Shown here: positions 7,977 through 18,041 of the stretch, one piece after another
Layout of the letters: the number at the start of each line of letters is the position of its first letter
Position numbering within the stretch: position 1 is the first letter of the stretch
Assembly: GCA_964346725.1 (NCBI GenBank)
Contig: CAYFVM010000007.1
Location: 2,470 to 66,469 of the forward strand
Source of the DNA: an uncultured Bacteroidales bacterium
GTDB lineage: Bacteria; Bacteroidota; Bacteroidia; Bacteroidales; UBA1715
DNA: 64,000 bases
Reading direction: 5' to 3'
Notes under the pieces: model-generated
What the model was told of the DNA's origin: nothing
The model's database searches: none
Seen by the model: the letters and a program-made list of their open reading frames with translations, nothing else
Translations under genes and position numbers: made by a program

Positions 7977-8853
7977 TATAAAAGTTGGTTTGGTTCAGCA
8001 GTCTGTTGGTACAGAGATAGCAAACAATACACAAAAACTTGTGGCAAACATTCGTGATTGTGCACAACGAGGAGCAAAATTGGTTGTACTTCAGGAATTA
8101 CACAACACACCATATTTTTGTCAGGTAGAAGATGTTACTAATTTTGACTTGGCAGAACCAATTCCCGGTCAATCTACCGCATTGTATTCTTCAGTTGCCA
8201 AAGAACTTGGAATAGTGTTGGTAACGTCGTTGTTCGAAAAACGAGCAGCCGGTGTGTATCACAATACCGCTGTGGTTTTTGATACCGACGGTCACATAGC
8301 CGGAACGTATCGCAAAATGCACATACCAGACGACCCTGCATATTACGAGAAATTTTATTTCACTCCCGGTGATTTGGGTTTTGAGCCAATTAAAACCTCA
8401 ATAGGAACCTTGGGTGTGTTAGTGTGTTGGGATCAATGGTATCCCGAAGCAGCACGTTTAATGGCACTTCGCGGTGCCGATATGTTGATTTACCCAACCG
8501 CAATAGGATGGGAGTCAACAGATACGCAAGACGAGAAAAACCGTCAGCGCGATGCTTGGATGATTTCGCAACGCGGTCATGCCGTAGCAAATGGTTTGCC
8601 GGTTATTTCGGTGAATCGTATAGGATGGGAAAAAGACCCTTCGGGGCAAACGAATGGAATACAATTTTGGGGCAGCAGTTTTGTGGCTGGACCTCAAGGA
8701 GAAATAGTTGCGCAAGCATCAGATGCTACCGAAGAAAATCTGGTGGTAAAAGTTTCACTATCGCGTTCAGAAAACGTGCGCCGCATTTGGCCGTTCTTCC
8801 GCGATCGTCGTATTGATGCCTATGGCAACATACTTAAACGTTTTAATAATTAG
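7957..8853 (+). CDS. aguB: N-carbamoylputrescine amidase (carbon-nitrogen hydrolase family)
   Basis: E-K-C triad context: VVLQELH, YRKMHIP and LVCWDQWYPE. It overlaps the aguA stop. An alternative ATG lies at 7966. Confidence 0.88.
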   Translation: MVRMENNIKVGLVQQSVGTEIANNTQKLVANIRDCAQRGAKLVVLQELHNTPYFCQVEDVTNFDLAEPIPGQSTALYSSVAKELGIVLVTSLFEKRAAGVYHNTAVVFDTDGHIAGTYRKMHIPDDPAYYEKFYFTPGDLGFEPIKTSIGTLGVLVCWDQWYPEAARLMALRGADMLIYPTAIGWESTDTQDEKNRQRDAWMISQRGHAVANGLPVISVNRIGWEKDPSGQTNGIQFWGSSFVAGPQGEIVAQASDATEENLVVKVSLSRSENVRRIWPFFRDRRIDAYGNILKRFNN

Positions 8854-8856
8854 CCT

Positions 8857-9597
8857 ATGGTTGAAAAATCTACATATCCTTTTACAATATTTACACACGA
8901 TTTAGATTTTACCTCAAAAGCAACACTTTTGACGATTGGAAATCTATTTATGAATGTGGCTGGAATTGATTCACATTCCAAAGGATTTGGAATTGATGAA
9001 ATTCACGATAAAAATTTAGCTTGGGTAGCATTGCGTATTCGTATTAAAATGAATCGTTACCCTGAATTGTTAGAAAATGTTACTATTCAAACGTGGATAG
9101 AAAATTGGTCTCGATTTGCAACACAACGTAATTGCGTTATACGTGGAGAGCAGGGAGAAGTTATCGGAGAATTGGCGTCAGTATTTACTTTGATAGATTT
9201 CAAATTGCGTCAGACGGTAAATATGCAAGAACGATTGGCAGAGTACGAAAAATTCGTTATCCCCGATGAATTGGATTTGGGTTGCCCGGGTAAGGTCAAG
9301 ACATTGCAAAATGCAACTCTTGTTGGAACTCGCACTGCTGCATACAACGATATAGACAGTAACATGCACGTAAACAGTTTTCGCTATGTAGCATGGGTTC
9401 TCGATACTATTCCTCTTGAAATGTATAAAGAAAACAAAATTGCCGATTTTGAAATAAATTATATTCACGAGGTATTGTATGGAGAAACTGTTTCTATTTT
9501 CAGTGAAAAAATAGATGAAAACGTTGTTGTTTTTGATATCAGAAACGCAGAAGGAATCTCTATGAATCGTTGTAAATTTACTTTTGAAAAACGATGA
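8857..9597 (+). CDS. Acyl-ACP thioesterase
   Basis: 246 aa with double hot-dog style organisation. The N-terminal half has LAWVALRIRI and the C-terminal half has DIDSNMHVNSFRYVAW. The call is by resemblance only. Confidence 0.75.
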   Translation: MVEKSTYPFTIFTHDLDFTSKATLLTIGNLFMNVAGIDSHSKGFGIDEIHDKNLAWVALRIRIKMNRYPELLENVTIQTWIENWSRFATQRNCVIRGEQGEVIGELASVFTLIDFKLRQTVNMQERLAEYEKFVIPDELDLGCPGKVKTLQNATLVGTRTAAYNDIDSNMHVNSFRYVAWVLDTIPLEMYKENKIADFEINYIHEVLYGETVSIFSEKIDENVVVFDIRNAEGISMNRCKFTFEKR

Positions 9598-10379
9598 GTA
9601 GAAACGAAGTTCGAGCAAAAAAACAATTAGGACAACATTTTTTGAAAAGTAGTGATACTGCTCGGCGTATTGCAGAAACATTACCTATACGGTGTGAAAA
9701 TTGTCTTGAAATAGGCCCAGGTATGGGCATTCTTACCGAACAATTAAAATCTCAACAAATTAATTTAAAGGTGGTAGAGGTTGATGGAGAATCAATTGAC
9801 TACTTGTTGCGCAATGGCGTACTCAGCCAAGAACAATGCATTTTTGGAGATTTTCTCAGAATGCCGGTACAAGAGTTTTTTGGTGGGCAAGAATTTATGG
9901 TTGTTGGAAATTTCCCCTACAATATTTCAAGCCAAATTCTATTTAAAGTAATAGAAAATAGAGAATTAGTTCCATCGTTAGCCGGAATGTTTCAGCGTGA
10001 AGTTGCAAAACGAATTTGTTCACCGGCAGGCTCAAAAGAATATGGAATATTGTCTGTCTTGATACAAGCATTTTACGACACCACATATCACTTTACGGTA
10101 GATGAGCACGAATTCAATCCGCCACCAAAAGTGAAGTCGGGGGTGCTTTCAATGGTGCGAAAAGAAAATTATACCTTGCCTTGCAATGAGCGCTTATTTT
10201 TCCAGGTTGTAAAGACAAGTTTCAATCAAAGACGAAAAACTCTGAACAATTCGTTAAAAAAAATGCTCAAAGAGAAAAAATTAGAAGAAAAAGTCGGACT
10301 TTTGCGTCCGGAACAACTAACCGTTCTCGATTTTGTTAAAATCACTAATTTTATAGATACTACAGTGGAAGGAGGTTGA
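9594..10379 (+). CDS. rsmA: 16S rRNA (adenine1518/1519-N6)-dimethyltransferase
   Basis: Motifs LGQHFL, the SAM motif LEIGPGMG and GNFPYNISS. An ATGA start/stop overlap links it to the thioesterase gene. Confidence 0.92.
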   Translation: MSRNEVRAKKQLGQHFLKSSDTARRIAETLPIRCENCLEIGPGMGILTEQLKSQQINLKVVEVDGESIDYLLRNGVLSQEQCIFGDFLRMPVQEFFGGQEFMVVGNFPYNISSQILFKVIENRELVPSLAGMFQREVAKRICSPAGSKEYGILSVLIQAFYDTTYHFTVDEHEFNPPPKVKSGVLSMVRKENYTLPCNERLFFQVVKTSFNQRRKTLNNSLKKMLKEKKLEEKVGLLRPEQLTVLDFVKITNFIDTTVEGG

Positions 10380-10381
10380 AT

Positions 10382-11731
10382 ATGCATTTCGAATTAACCA
10401 AAGATTTTATCATCTACTTGAAATCCCTAATAGAAATTCAGGATGTTGAGAAAATTTTAGAGTGTTTTTCCGATGCGCACCCAGCCGACATAGCCGATAT
10501 TCTTGAGCAATTAACAAACGAAGAGGCTAATTACGTTTTTATACAATTTTCTCCAAGTATAGAAGCAAACATTCTTGTAGAGTTGGAAGATGAACAGCTC
10601 GACCGTTTTTTGCAGGTTATACCTGCCGAAATTATTGCCACCGATTTAATAGAAAAAATGGATTCCGATGATGCTGCGGATATTTTGCAGACACTACCGG
10701 AGCGTATTAAAACTGAGGTTCTTGCCAAAATGTCCGACAAAGAACAGGCGAGCGATATTGCCGATTTGTTGGACTACGATGAGAATACTGCCGGTGGTTT
10801 GATGGCAACCGAGTTGGTGCGTGTAAATAAAAATTGGAACGTTCAGAAATGTATAGTTGAAATACGCAAACAAGCCGAAGAGGTAGACAATCTCATGGAT
10901 GTGTATGTGGTTGATGATGATGATGTGTTTGTGGGGCTTTTGCCTATTGCTCGCTTAGTTTTGGTTGATGAAGGGGCATTGGTAAGCGATTTATATGACG
11001 AAGATGCACATTCGGTTCCTACCAGCATGCCCTCAGAAGAGGTTGCCAGTATAATGGAAAAATATGACTTGTTTGTAGTTCCTGTGGTTGATTCTCTGAA
11101 TCGGTTAAAGGGACGCATTACAATTGATGACGTGGTCGATGTCATTAAGGAAGAGGCCGAGCGAGATTTCCAAATGCAAGCCGGTTTGACGCATGATGTA
11201 GATGAAAGCGATAGTTTTGCTCGACATACCTTAGCTCGTTTACCGTGGTTATTTATTGGATTACTAGGTGGAATTTTAAGTTCTCGCGTTATTGGAGTGT
11301 TTCAAGGTGATATCGTAAAAAATACAAGTCTTACATTATTTTTGCCCTTGCTTGCCGCAATGGGTGGAAATGTTGGGGTACAGTCGTCGTCAATTATTGT
11401 GCAAAGTATAGCCAATGGCTCTCTTTTACTTACATCTGTTTGGAAAAGAATACTTCGTGAATTAGCAGGAGGTCTTCTTATAGGAGTTATTTGTTCTATG
11501 GTGCTCTTTGTCTATAATTTGGTGTTTTGTGATGATTTACATTTAACTTTTGTTGTGAGTTTGTCACTCATTATCATCATAGTTTTTGCATCGTTGTTTG
11601 GTACATTTGTACCTGTTATATTGGAAAAATGCAAAATCGATCCAGCTATCGCCACCGGACCGTTTGTTACTACAACAAACGATATTGTTTGTTGTATACT
11701 TTATTTTTCTGTTGCACGAATTCTGCTTTAG
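10382..11731 (+). CDS. mgtE: Magnesium transporter MgtE
   Basis: N-terminal MgtE-N region, a CBS pair, and a C-terminal TM domain with GNVGVQSSSI and ATGPFVTTTNDI. The ORF track starts at TTG 10376. I prefer ATG 10382, just after the rsmA stop. Confidence 0.92.
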   Translation: MHFELTKDFIIYLKSLIEIQDVEKILECFSDAHPADIADILEQLTNEEANYVFIQFSPSIEANILVELEDEQLDRFLQVIPAEIIATDLIEKMDSDDAADILQTLPERIKTEVLAKMSDKEQASDIADLLDYDENTAGGLMATELVRVNKNWNVQKCIVEIRKQAEEVDNLMDVYVVDDDDVFVGLLPIARLVLVDEGALVSDLYDEDAHSVPTSMPSEEVASIMEKYDLFVVPVVDSLNRLKGRITIDDVVDVIKEEAERDFQMQAGLTHDVDESDSFARHTLARLPWLFIGLLGGILSSRVIGVFQGDIVKNTSLTLFLPLLAAMGGNVGVQSSSIIVQSIANGSLLLTSVWKRILRELAGGLLIGVICSMVLFVYNLVFCDDLHLTFVVSLSLIIIIVFASLFGTFVPVILEKCKIDPAIATGPFVTTTNDIVCCILYFSVARILL

Positions 11732-11815
11732 TACTGATTCAATGGGTTTGCTTTTAAATACATACATGCAATGTTGTAATATTTCGATGAGTTATTGCAA
11801 TTCTTATTAAAATTG

Positions 11816-11823
11816 TATCTTTG
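11816..11823 (+). promoter_or_regulatory. TAnnTTTG -7 promoter motif
   Basis: TATCTTTG lies 16 nt upstream of ATG 11840. Confidence 0.45.
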
Positions 11824-11839
11824 TAGAAAAGCATTGAAT

Positions 11840-12352
11840 ATGAAACGTTTGCGTTTTTTGGTCATAATAACAGTGTCGTTTTTTTGTGTTTTGGGTGTTT
11901 CGTGTACTCCAGGCAAAGCTATGCACAAGCAAACTCAAGCTCATATACTGTTCAAAGAAGGCTCTCACGATTTTGGAACTATTATTTTTGGTGAACCCGC
12001 AAAATTTGATTTTGAATTTAAAAACATTGGCTTTGATACGTTGATAATTAGTGAAGTACAAAGCACGTGCGGATGTACCATTCCCAAATGGTCGAGCGAT
12101 CCTATATTACCAGGAGAAAAAGGAGTGATAGAAGTATCATACGATACTCAAAGAAGTGGCTTTTTTGAAAAAGGAATTACCGTGTTCTCAAATGCCGATA
12201 ATTATGCACTACTGCTTGTAATACGTGGAAACGTTACAGTAAATCCTCACAAAGAAATCTTAGGAAATCATAAAACAAATGAAGCCGTAACTGATGAAGC
12301 GGAGGATTATGATGACAAAGTAGAATTAGATAATACATTAATAGAAGAATAA
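11840..12352 (+). CDS. DUF1573-family lipoprotein
   Basis: Start taken at MKRLRFLVIITVSFFCVLGVSC (lipobox). The core motif is STCGCTIPKWSSDPILPGEKGVIEVSYD, and the tail is acidic. Confidence 0.8.
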   Translation: MKRLRFLVIITVSFFCVLGVSCTPGKAMHKQTQAHILFKEGSHDFGTIIFGEPAKFDFEFKNIGFDTLIISEVQSTCGCTIPKWSSDPILPGEKGVIEVSYDTQRSGFFEKGITVFSNADNYALLLVIRGNVTVNPHKEILGNHKTNEAVTDEAEDYDDKVELDNTLIEE

Positions 12353-12354
12353 TT

Positions 12355-13560
12355 ATGCCGAGTGTTTCAGATAGAGGTTTGTTAATGCCAGCCTCACCTA
12401 TCCGACGATTAGTTCCGTATGCTGATGAGGCAAAGCGCCGTGGAGTTGAGGTGTTGCACCTCAATATTGGTCAACCTGATTTGCCAACGCCCGATTTTGC
12501 GGAAAAGTCAATGCATAACTATGCAGGGAAATATATTCCGTATTCGCATTCTGCAGGAAATTTGTCGTTGCGTGAAAAATTGGCCAAATACTATCATAAC
12601 ATTGGTATTGAAATTTCAAGCGACGATATTCTTATAACTACCGGAGGTTCTGAGGCTATTTGTTTTGCATATTATTGCATACTCAATTATGCCGACGAAG
12701 TAATTGTTCCTGAACCATATTATGCCAATTACTATGGTTTTACAACAGAAACAGGAGCCAGAATGATACCGGTGCGTTCATCAATAGAAACCAATTTTGC
12801 ATTGCCTTCTATTGAAGATTTTGAAGATGCGCTTACGCCTCAAACCAAGGCAATCATGCTGTGCAATCCAAACAACCCTACGGGACACGTATATACGCAG
12901 AAAGAATTGTCGCATATACGCAACTTGGTGCGCAAATACGATTTGTTTTTGGTGTGCGATGAGGTGTATCGAGATTTCTGTTACGATAGCGAACATTACT
13001 CCGTAATGAATCTTAAGGGAATAGAGGAAAATACTATTTTGATAGATTCGTTTTCAAAACGATACAATGTGTGTGGTATTCGAATAGGAGCCATGGTTAC
13101 ACGCAATCGCGATGTAATATCAACAGCAATGAAATTTGCGCAAGCTCGCTTAAGTCCACCATCAATGGGACAATTAATAGCAGAAGCCTTACTCGACACA
13201 CCACCGGAATTTTTAAAGAAATCGGCTGATGAATATAAGGCTCGTCGAGATTATATTATTCCTGCGCTCAATGAGATAAAAGGTGTGCATACTCCAATGC
13301 CCGATGGCGCATTTTATTCTATGGTAGAGTTGCCGGTTGACGATGTAGATAAATTTAGTCGTTGGTTGCTCGAAGACTTCGAGTATGAAGGTGCAACGGT
13401 TATGTTGGCTCCGGGAACTGGTTTTTATACAGGGAAAAAATTAGGTGTCCATCAGGTGCGAATTGCATACATTCTTGAAATGGATAAATTGAAAAAAGCA
13501 GTTCGTTGTCTTAAAAAAGCCTTGTCGGTATATCCGGGTAGGACTATTGACCAAGATTAA
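12355..13560 (+). CDS. Class I/II PLP-dependent aminotransferase (aspartate/aromatic type)
   Basis: 401 aa. Motifs NIGQPD, NPNNPTG and the PLP-Lys motif SFSKRYNVCGIRIG. Confidence 0.88.
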   Translation: MPSVSDRGLLMPASPIRRLVPYADEAKRRGVEVLHLNIGQPDLPTPDFAEKSMHNYAGKYIPYSHSAGNLSLREKLAKYYHNIGIEISSDDILITTGGSEAICFAYYCILNYADEVIVPEPYYANYYGFTTETGARMIPVRSSIETNFALPSIEDFEDALTPQTKAIMLCNPNNPTGHVYTQKELSHIRNLVRKYDLFLVCDEVYRDFCYDSEHYSVMNLKGIEENTILIDSFSKRYNVCGIRIGAMVTRNRDVISTAMKFAQARLSPPSMGQLIAEALLDTPPEFLKKSADEYKARRDYIIPALNEIKGVHTPMPDGAFYSMVELPVDDVDKFSRWLLEDFEYEGATVMLAPGTGFYTGKKLGVHQVRIAYILEMDKLKKAVRCLKKALSVYPGRTIDQD

Positions 13561-13568
13561 TTGTTCGT

Positions 13569-14495
13569 ATGAAAAGTGTTTTATTTATTATAAACCCACA
13601 TTCGGGGAAAAATCGCAATAAACAGGTTCAAAAAGCGGCAATGGAAGTATTGTCTCCAGATGCTTTTACTGTTGATTTTGTTTATACTCATTATGCCGGT
13701 CATGCATTGGAATTGTCACGCATAGGTGTAGCAAAAGGATATGATATAATTGTTGCTGTAGGCGGCGATGGAACTATTCACGAAGTTTCACAGTCGGTTA
13801 TTCACTCCAAATCTGCAATGGCAGTAATCCCTATGGGGTCGGGAAATGGATTTGCTCGTTTTTTCGGAATACCATCGTCTATCAAGCGCGCCATCAAAGT
13901 TATTACCGACGGCGAAGAAAAAGTGATAGATACGGTGCTTTGCAATAGTGAATATTTTGTGAACGTAGCCGGTTTTGGTTTTGATGCGCAAATAGGAGAG
14001 GTGTATGATAAAAGCTGCGCCGAGGAACGTGGAGGATTAAATTACGTAAAATTAATTATAGAAGAATTTCTTCAATATCCCTTGCAGACGTGCCGTTTCA
14101 AAATAGATGGAAAGGAAGTTGAAAAAACGTTCTTTATAGCAACTGTTGCCAATTCAAATCAATATGGACTCAATGCTGTAATAGCGCCTGAAGCTGATGT
14201 AACTGATGGTAAATTCGAACTTGTATTGATGAAAGATTTGCCGGTGTTTGATGTAATTCCTACAACAATTCGTTTGTTTGCAAAACAGATAAACAACTCA
14301 CGACATGTAGAAACGCTTCATTTGGAAGAGTTTACCATTGTCAATAATGTTCCTCGATTGTTGCATTTAGACGGAGAACCACGCATGTATGCTACCGATA
14401 TCACTTTTACGATACAAAAGAAATCGTTGAAATGTATTGTGCCTAAGAAAGAGAGCTTGTTGAAGTCACTGCCAACAATAAAACCTCCAATGTAG
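13569..14495 (+). CDS. Diacylglycerol-kinase-family lipid kinase (YegS/BmrU-like)
   Basis: 308 aa. Motifs NPHSGK and VAVGGDGTIHEV. Confidence 0.85.
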   Translation: MKSVLFIINPHSGKNRNKQVQKAAMEVLSPDAFTVDFVYTHYAGHALELSRIGVAKGYDIIVAVGGDGTIHEVSQSVIHSKSAMAVIPMGSGNGFARFFGIPSSIKRAIKVITDGEEKVIDTVLCNSEYFVNVAGFGFDAQIGEVYDKSCAEERGGLNYVKLIIEEFLQYPLQTCRFKIDGKEVEKTFFIATVANSNQYGLNAVIAPEADVTDGKFELVLMKDLPVFDVIPTTIRLFAKQINNSRHVETLHLEEFTIVNNVPRLLHLDGEPRMYATDITFTIQKKSLKCIVPKKESLLKSLPTIKPPM

Positions 14496-14498
14496 AAT

Positions 14499-14972
14499 TT
14501 AAAATGTGATTATCGTAGACTCATCAATATTACTTTTGTTGAGTGCACGATCGTATACGTAGTATGAGAAAACCACGCTATCGTAGGGAAACGATGCGGT
14601 AGCTATTACAAAATCTATTACAACTTTTGCTTTGAGAAATTTATCGTTGCCTTCTTCTCTTAGACGAGGAATGCGGTAGGAGAAATTGTAGGGTAATTCG
14701 TATCTCACACCGTTTTCAATATAATATGGGGTAGCGTAAAAATTTTGCTGGTATTCATCGATAAAAGGAGCAGCAGTATCGCCAGTTTTCAATCCAATGT
14801 CACCATCACCATCGTAGAGCATAAATGTGAAAGCTACCGTTCTATCATTCGTTTCGTTCACAGTGCTTGCAGCTGACAAAAATTCAACTTTTGGAATATC
14901 GGAATATTCGGGCAGATTGTGATTACACGCAACGCATAACAAAGCAAGACTGACAAAAGCAACAATTCGCAT
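14499..14972 (-). CDS. Hypothetical lipoprotein
   Basis: The internal start gives MRIVAFVSLALLCVAC (lipobox). It lies directly downstream of der on the same strand. I recognise no family. Confidence 0.55.
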   Translation of the reverse strand: MRIVAFVSLALLCVACNHNLPEYSDIPKVEFLSAASTVNETNDRTVAFTFMLYDGDGDIGLKTGDTAAPFIDEYQQNFYATPYYIENGVRYELPYNFSYRIPRLREEGNDKFLKAKVVIDFVIATASFPYDSVVFSYYVYDRALNKSNIDESTIITF

Positions 14973-15105
14973 ACACGATGATTTATGGTCAAAATTACAA
15001 AATTCGATGAGTAAATGATTGTTTCTTACAATATAATCTGTGTAAACAAATAGAAAAGGAGCCATGAAAATCGTGACTCCTTTTCTATTGCTGTATAGCA
15101 AAGAG

Positions 15106-16410
15106 CTATTTGTCTCTCATATAAATACGAATTGGCACGCCGCAGAAATTATAGTTTTTGCGAATCTGGTTTTCAAGATATCGTTTGTATGAATCCTGTA
15201 CATATTTACCATTGTTACAGAAAAATGCAAAAGAAGGGAATGCCGTAGGTAATTGTGTAACGTATTTAATCTTGATAGTTTTCCCTTTAACTTGAGGAGG
15301 AGAAAAGCGGTCAATTGCTTCAAGCATTGTTTCGTTGAGCTTGGATGTTGGAATTTTTCGTGATCTATTTTCGTACACCTCATTGATTTTTTCCAAAATC
15401 TTTTGAATACGTTGTTTTTCCAAAACCGATGTGAAAATAATTGGCACATCGTTGAAAGGAGCTATTTTAGTGCGAATTTGTTCTTCAAAATCTTTTGCGG
15501 TGTTGGTTTCTTTGTTAATCAAATCCCATTTGTTTACGCAAATAACAACACCTTTGTTGTTTTTTACAATTAAGTGAAGTATGTTCAAATCTTGCGATTG
15601 AACACCTTCTTTTGCATCTAACATAAGTACACATACATCAGTTTGCTCTATAGAACGAATTGCTCTCAAAACTGAGTAAAACTCCAAATCTTCGGTAACG
15701 ACTTGTTTTTTACGTAAACCTGCCGTGTCAATAAAGTAATAGTCGAACCCGAATTTGTTGAAGCGAGTACCAATAGAATCACGCGTGGTGCCGGCAATAG
15801 GAGTTACTATATGTTGGTTGTCGCCAATAAGAGCATTGATAAACGAAGATTTTCCCACGTTAGGACGACCTACTACTGCTATGTTTGGAATATTTTCTTC
15901 TACTTTTGGTTTATCGGGTGGTAATTTTGCAACTACCGCATCGAGTAGGTCACCAGTGCCGCTTCCGGTTGCTGATGATATAGTAAAATAATCTCCCAAT
16001 CCGAGTGAGTAGAATTCTGTGGCATCGTACAAATCTTTGCCGTTGTCTACTTTGTTTACTACAAGGAAATATGGTTTGTTGGTTTTGTGAAGAATTTTTG
16101 CCACATCTTCATCAATGTCCGTTATACCACTTTTTACGTCAACCAAAAAAAGAATCACATCGGTTTCTTCAATAGCCATAAGCACCTGACGGCGAATCTC
16201 AGATTCAAATATGTCATCTGATTTTAAAGTAACGCCACCGGTGTCAATTACCGTAAATTCACGTCCATTCCAAACACCTTCGCCGTAGTTACGGTCGCGG
16301 GTAACGCCACTCTGTGCATCAATAATGGCTTGCTTGTTTTCTATTAGTCTATTAAATAATGTTGATTTCCCCACGTTTGGTCTGCCGATGATTGCGATAA
16401 TTCCACTCAT
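15106..16410 (-). CDS. der: Ribosome-biogenesis GTPase Der (EngA)
   Basis: Two tandem G domains (GRPNVGKSTLFN and GRPNVGKSSFIN) plus a KH-like C-terminus. Confidence 0.95.
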   Translation of the reverse strand: MSGIIAIIGRPNVGKSTLFNRLIENKQAIIDAQSGVTRDRNYGEGVWNGREFTVIDTGGVTLKSDDIFESEIRRQVLMAIEETDVILFLVDVKSGITDIDEDVAKILHKTNKPYFLVVNKVDNGKDLYDATEFYSLGLGDYFTISSATGSGTGDLLDAVVAKLPPDKPKVEENIPNIAVVGRPNVGKSSFINALIGDNQHIVTPIAGTTRDSIGTRFNKFGFDYYFIDTAGLRKKQVVTEDLEFYSVLRAIRSIEQTDVCVLMLDAKEGVQSQDLNILHLIVKNNKGVVICVNKWDLINKETNTAKDFEEQIRTKIAPFNDVPIIFTSVLEKQRIQKILEKINEVYENRSRKIPTSKLNETMLEAIDRFSPPQVKGKTIKIKYVTQLPTAFPSFAFFCNNGKYVQDSYKRYLENQIRKNYNFCGVPIRIYMRDK

Positions 16411-16425
16411 ATCTTAAATTTTTTG

Positions 16426-16433
16426 CAAAGATA
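16426..16433 (-). promoter_or_regulatory. TAnnTTTG -7 promoter motif for der
   Basis: The minus strand reads TATCTTTG, 15 nt upstream of the der ATG. Confidence 0.4.
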
Positions 16434-16508
16434 GTTAAAAAAGCTTCTATTTTACTCGTATGATTTGCGCAAATCTTTGTTAAACACATGAATAGATTAA
16501 AATTTTTC

Positions 16509-16516
16509 TATCTTTG
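16509..16516 (+). promoter_or_regulatory. TAnnTTTG -7 promoter motif for the rluB-like/era operon
   Basis: TATCTTTG lies 22 nt upstream of ATG 16539. Confidence 0.45.
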
Positions 16517-16538
16517 CGGTCTAAATTTTTGAAGTTGA

Positions 16539-18041
16539 ATGGAAAATAATGACAAACAGTATGGCTCACGCGGCTCAAGGCCGCGCGGAGAGAGAGATGG
16601 AGAATCTCGCGGACGCGACGGATTTTCTCGTGAACGTTCGTATGGACGGAAACCTTTTAACCGTGATGGCGAAGGACGTAGTAGAAGTTACTCAAATAAT
16701 TCATATAGAAAATATAATAACGAAGGTGAAAAATCAGAACGTGAAGGTTCTTCTCGTTCTTTTGGAGAAGACAGGCCACGTCGTTTTAATGCAGAAGGCA
16801 CAGAACATCGCTCTTATCGCAGATTTGATGACAAAGGTGAAGGACGTGATTTTAAGCCACGTCGTAACTTTGGTTATGGAGATCGTCCATACCGTCGTTT
16901 TGAAGACAGAAATAATTCTTCTTCTTTCAAAAAAGACAACGAAGGAGGACATGAAGGACAATCAGAAAATCGAGAGTTTAGACCACATCGCAGATTTGAT
17001 AAAAATCGTGAAGGTCGTGATTTTAAACCACGTCGTCCGTACAATTCCGAAAATGGTGAACGCCGCTCGTTTGGTCGTGACAACGATAGATTTGGCGGTC
17101 GCAGAGATTTTCGTTCATCGAGATTTGGTGACTCTAAACCACGTACTAAAACCTACGAGAATCCAACCGATTTTGTAAGTATAGACAAAAATTTGTTGAG
17201 CAGAAATTTTGACAATGAATGGTCTGACACTGAAGTTATTACTGATTACGAAATGCCTCAAGAAGAGGAACAAGAAATTAAAGAACCAGCTACAGAGGCA
17301 GAAGGATATCGCATCAACCGTTTTATTTCAGGAGCAGGTATATGTTCTCGCCGTGCTGCTGACGATTTTATAGCAAGTGGAAGAATTACACTCAACGGAA
17401 ATGTTGTTACTGATTATTCTACAAAAGTTTTCCCTGGTGACGAGGTTTGTCTTGATGGAAAAAAATTGACCTCACAAAAATTAGTTTACATTGTTTTCAA
17501 CAAACCCAAAGATTGCATTTGTACCAAGTCAGACGAACTTGGTCGTCGTACTATTTATGATTATATAAAATCTGATGTAGAGGTGAAGAATGTAGGTCGT
17601 TTGGATAGAGACACTACCGGTGTGATGTTGCTTACAAACGATGGTGATATGATAGAACGCTTGACACATCCTCGTTACAACAAGATGAAAATCTATCATG
17701 TATTCCTTAATAAGAATCTTTCTACTGATGATTTAGAGTCGATCAGAGCCGGTGTAGATTTGGATCCGGTAATGAGTGAAGATGAAACCGAACAAAAAGG
17801 CGGACATATTGATGTAGATGACTTACAATATGTTGATGGCGAGAAAAATCAAGTCGGAATTCAAATCCATTCTGGCTTGTACCATGTAGTACGTCGTATT
17901 TTTGAAAAATACGGTTATACGGTAGAAAAACTTGATCGTGTGTATTTTTCAGGATTAACAAAGAGAGATTTACCACGCGGACGCTGGCGTTATCTTTCAC
18001 AGAAAGAAGTAGCAATATTAAAAAGAGGAGCATTCGCATAA
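16539..18041 (+). CDS. RsuA/RluB-family pseudouridine synthase with a long Arg/Asp/Gly-rich N-terminal extension
   Basis: The C-terminal half has an S4 domain (RINRFISGAGICSRRAADDFI) and the catalytic motif GRLDRDTTGVMLLTNDG. The first ~230 aa are low-complexity with repeated EGRDFKPRR units. Confidence 0.88.
   Translation: MENNDKQYGSRGSRPRGERDGESRGRDGFSRERSYGRKPFNRDGEGRSRSYSNNSYRKYNNEGEKSEREGSSRSFGEDRPRRFNAEGTEHRSYRRFDDKGEGRDFKPRRNFGYGDRPYRRFEDRNNSSSFKKDNEGGHEGQSENREFRPHRRFDKNREGRDFKPRRPYNSENGERRSFGRDNDRFGGRRDFRSSRFGDSKPRTKTYENPTDFVSIDKNLLSRNFDNEWSDTEVITDYEMPQEEEQEIKEPATEAEGYRINRFISGAGICSRRAADDFIASGRITLNGNVVTDYSTKVFPGDEVCLDGKKLTSQKLVYIVFNKPKDCICTKSDELGRRTIYDYIKSDVEVKNVGRLDRDTTGVMLLTNDGDMIERLTHPRYNKMKIYHVFLNKNLSTDDLESIRAGVDLDPVMSEDETEQKGGHIDVDDLQYVDGEKNQVGIQIHSGLYHVVRRIFEKYGYTVEKLDRVYFSGLTKRDLPRGRWRYLSQKEVAILKRGAFA

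Noticed and set aside
16549-17178. 209-codon ORF in an alternative plus-strand frame inside the rluB-like gene
   Set aside because: It overlaps the low-complexity repeat region, where stop codons are rare in all frames. The annotated frame continues into a bona fide S4 and pseudouridine synthase domain.
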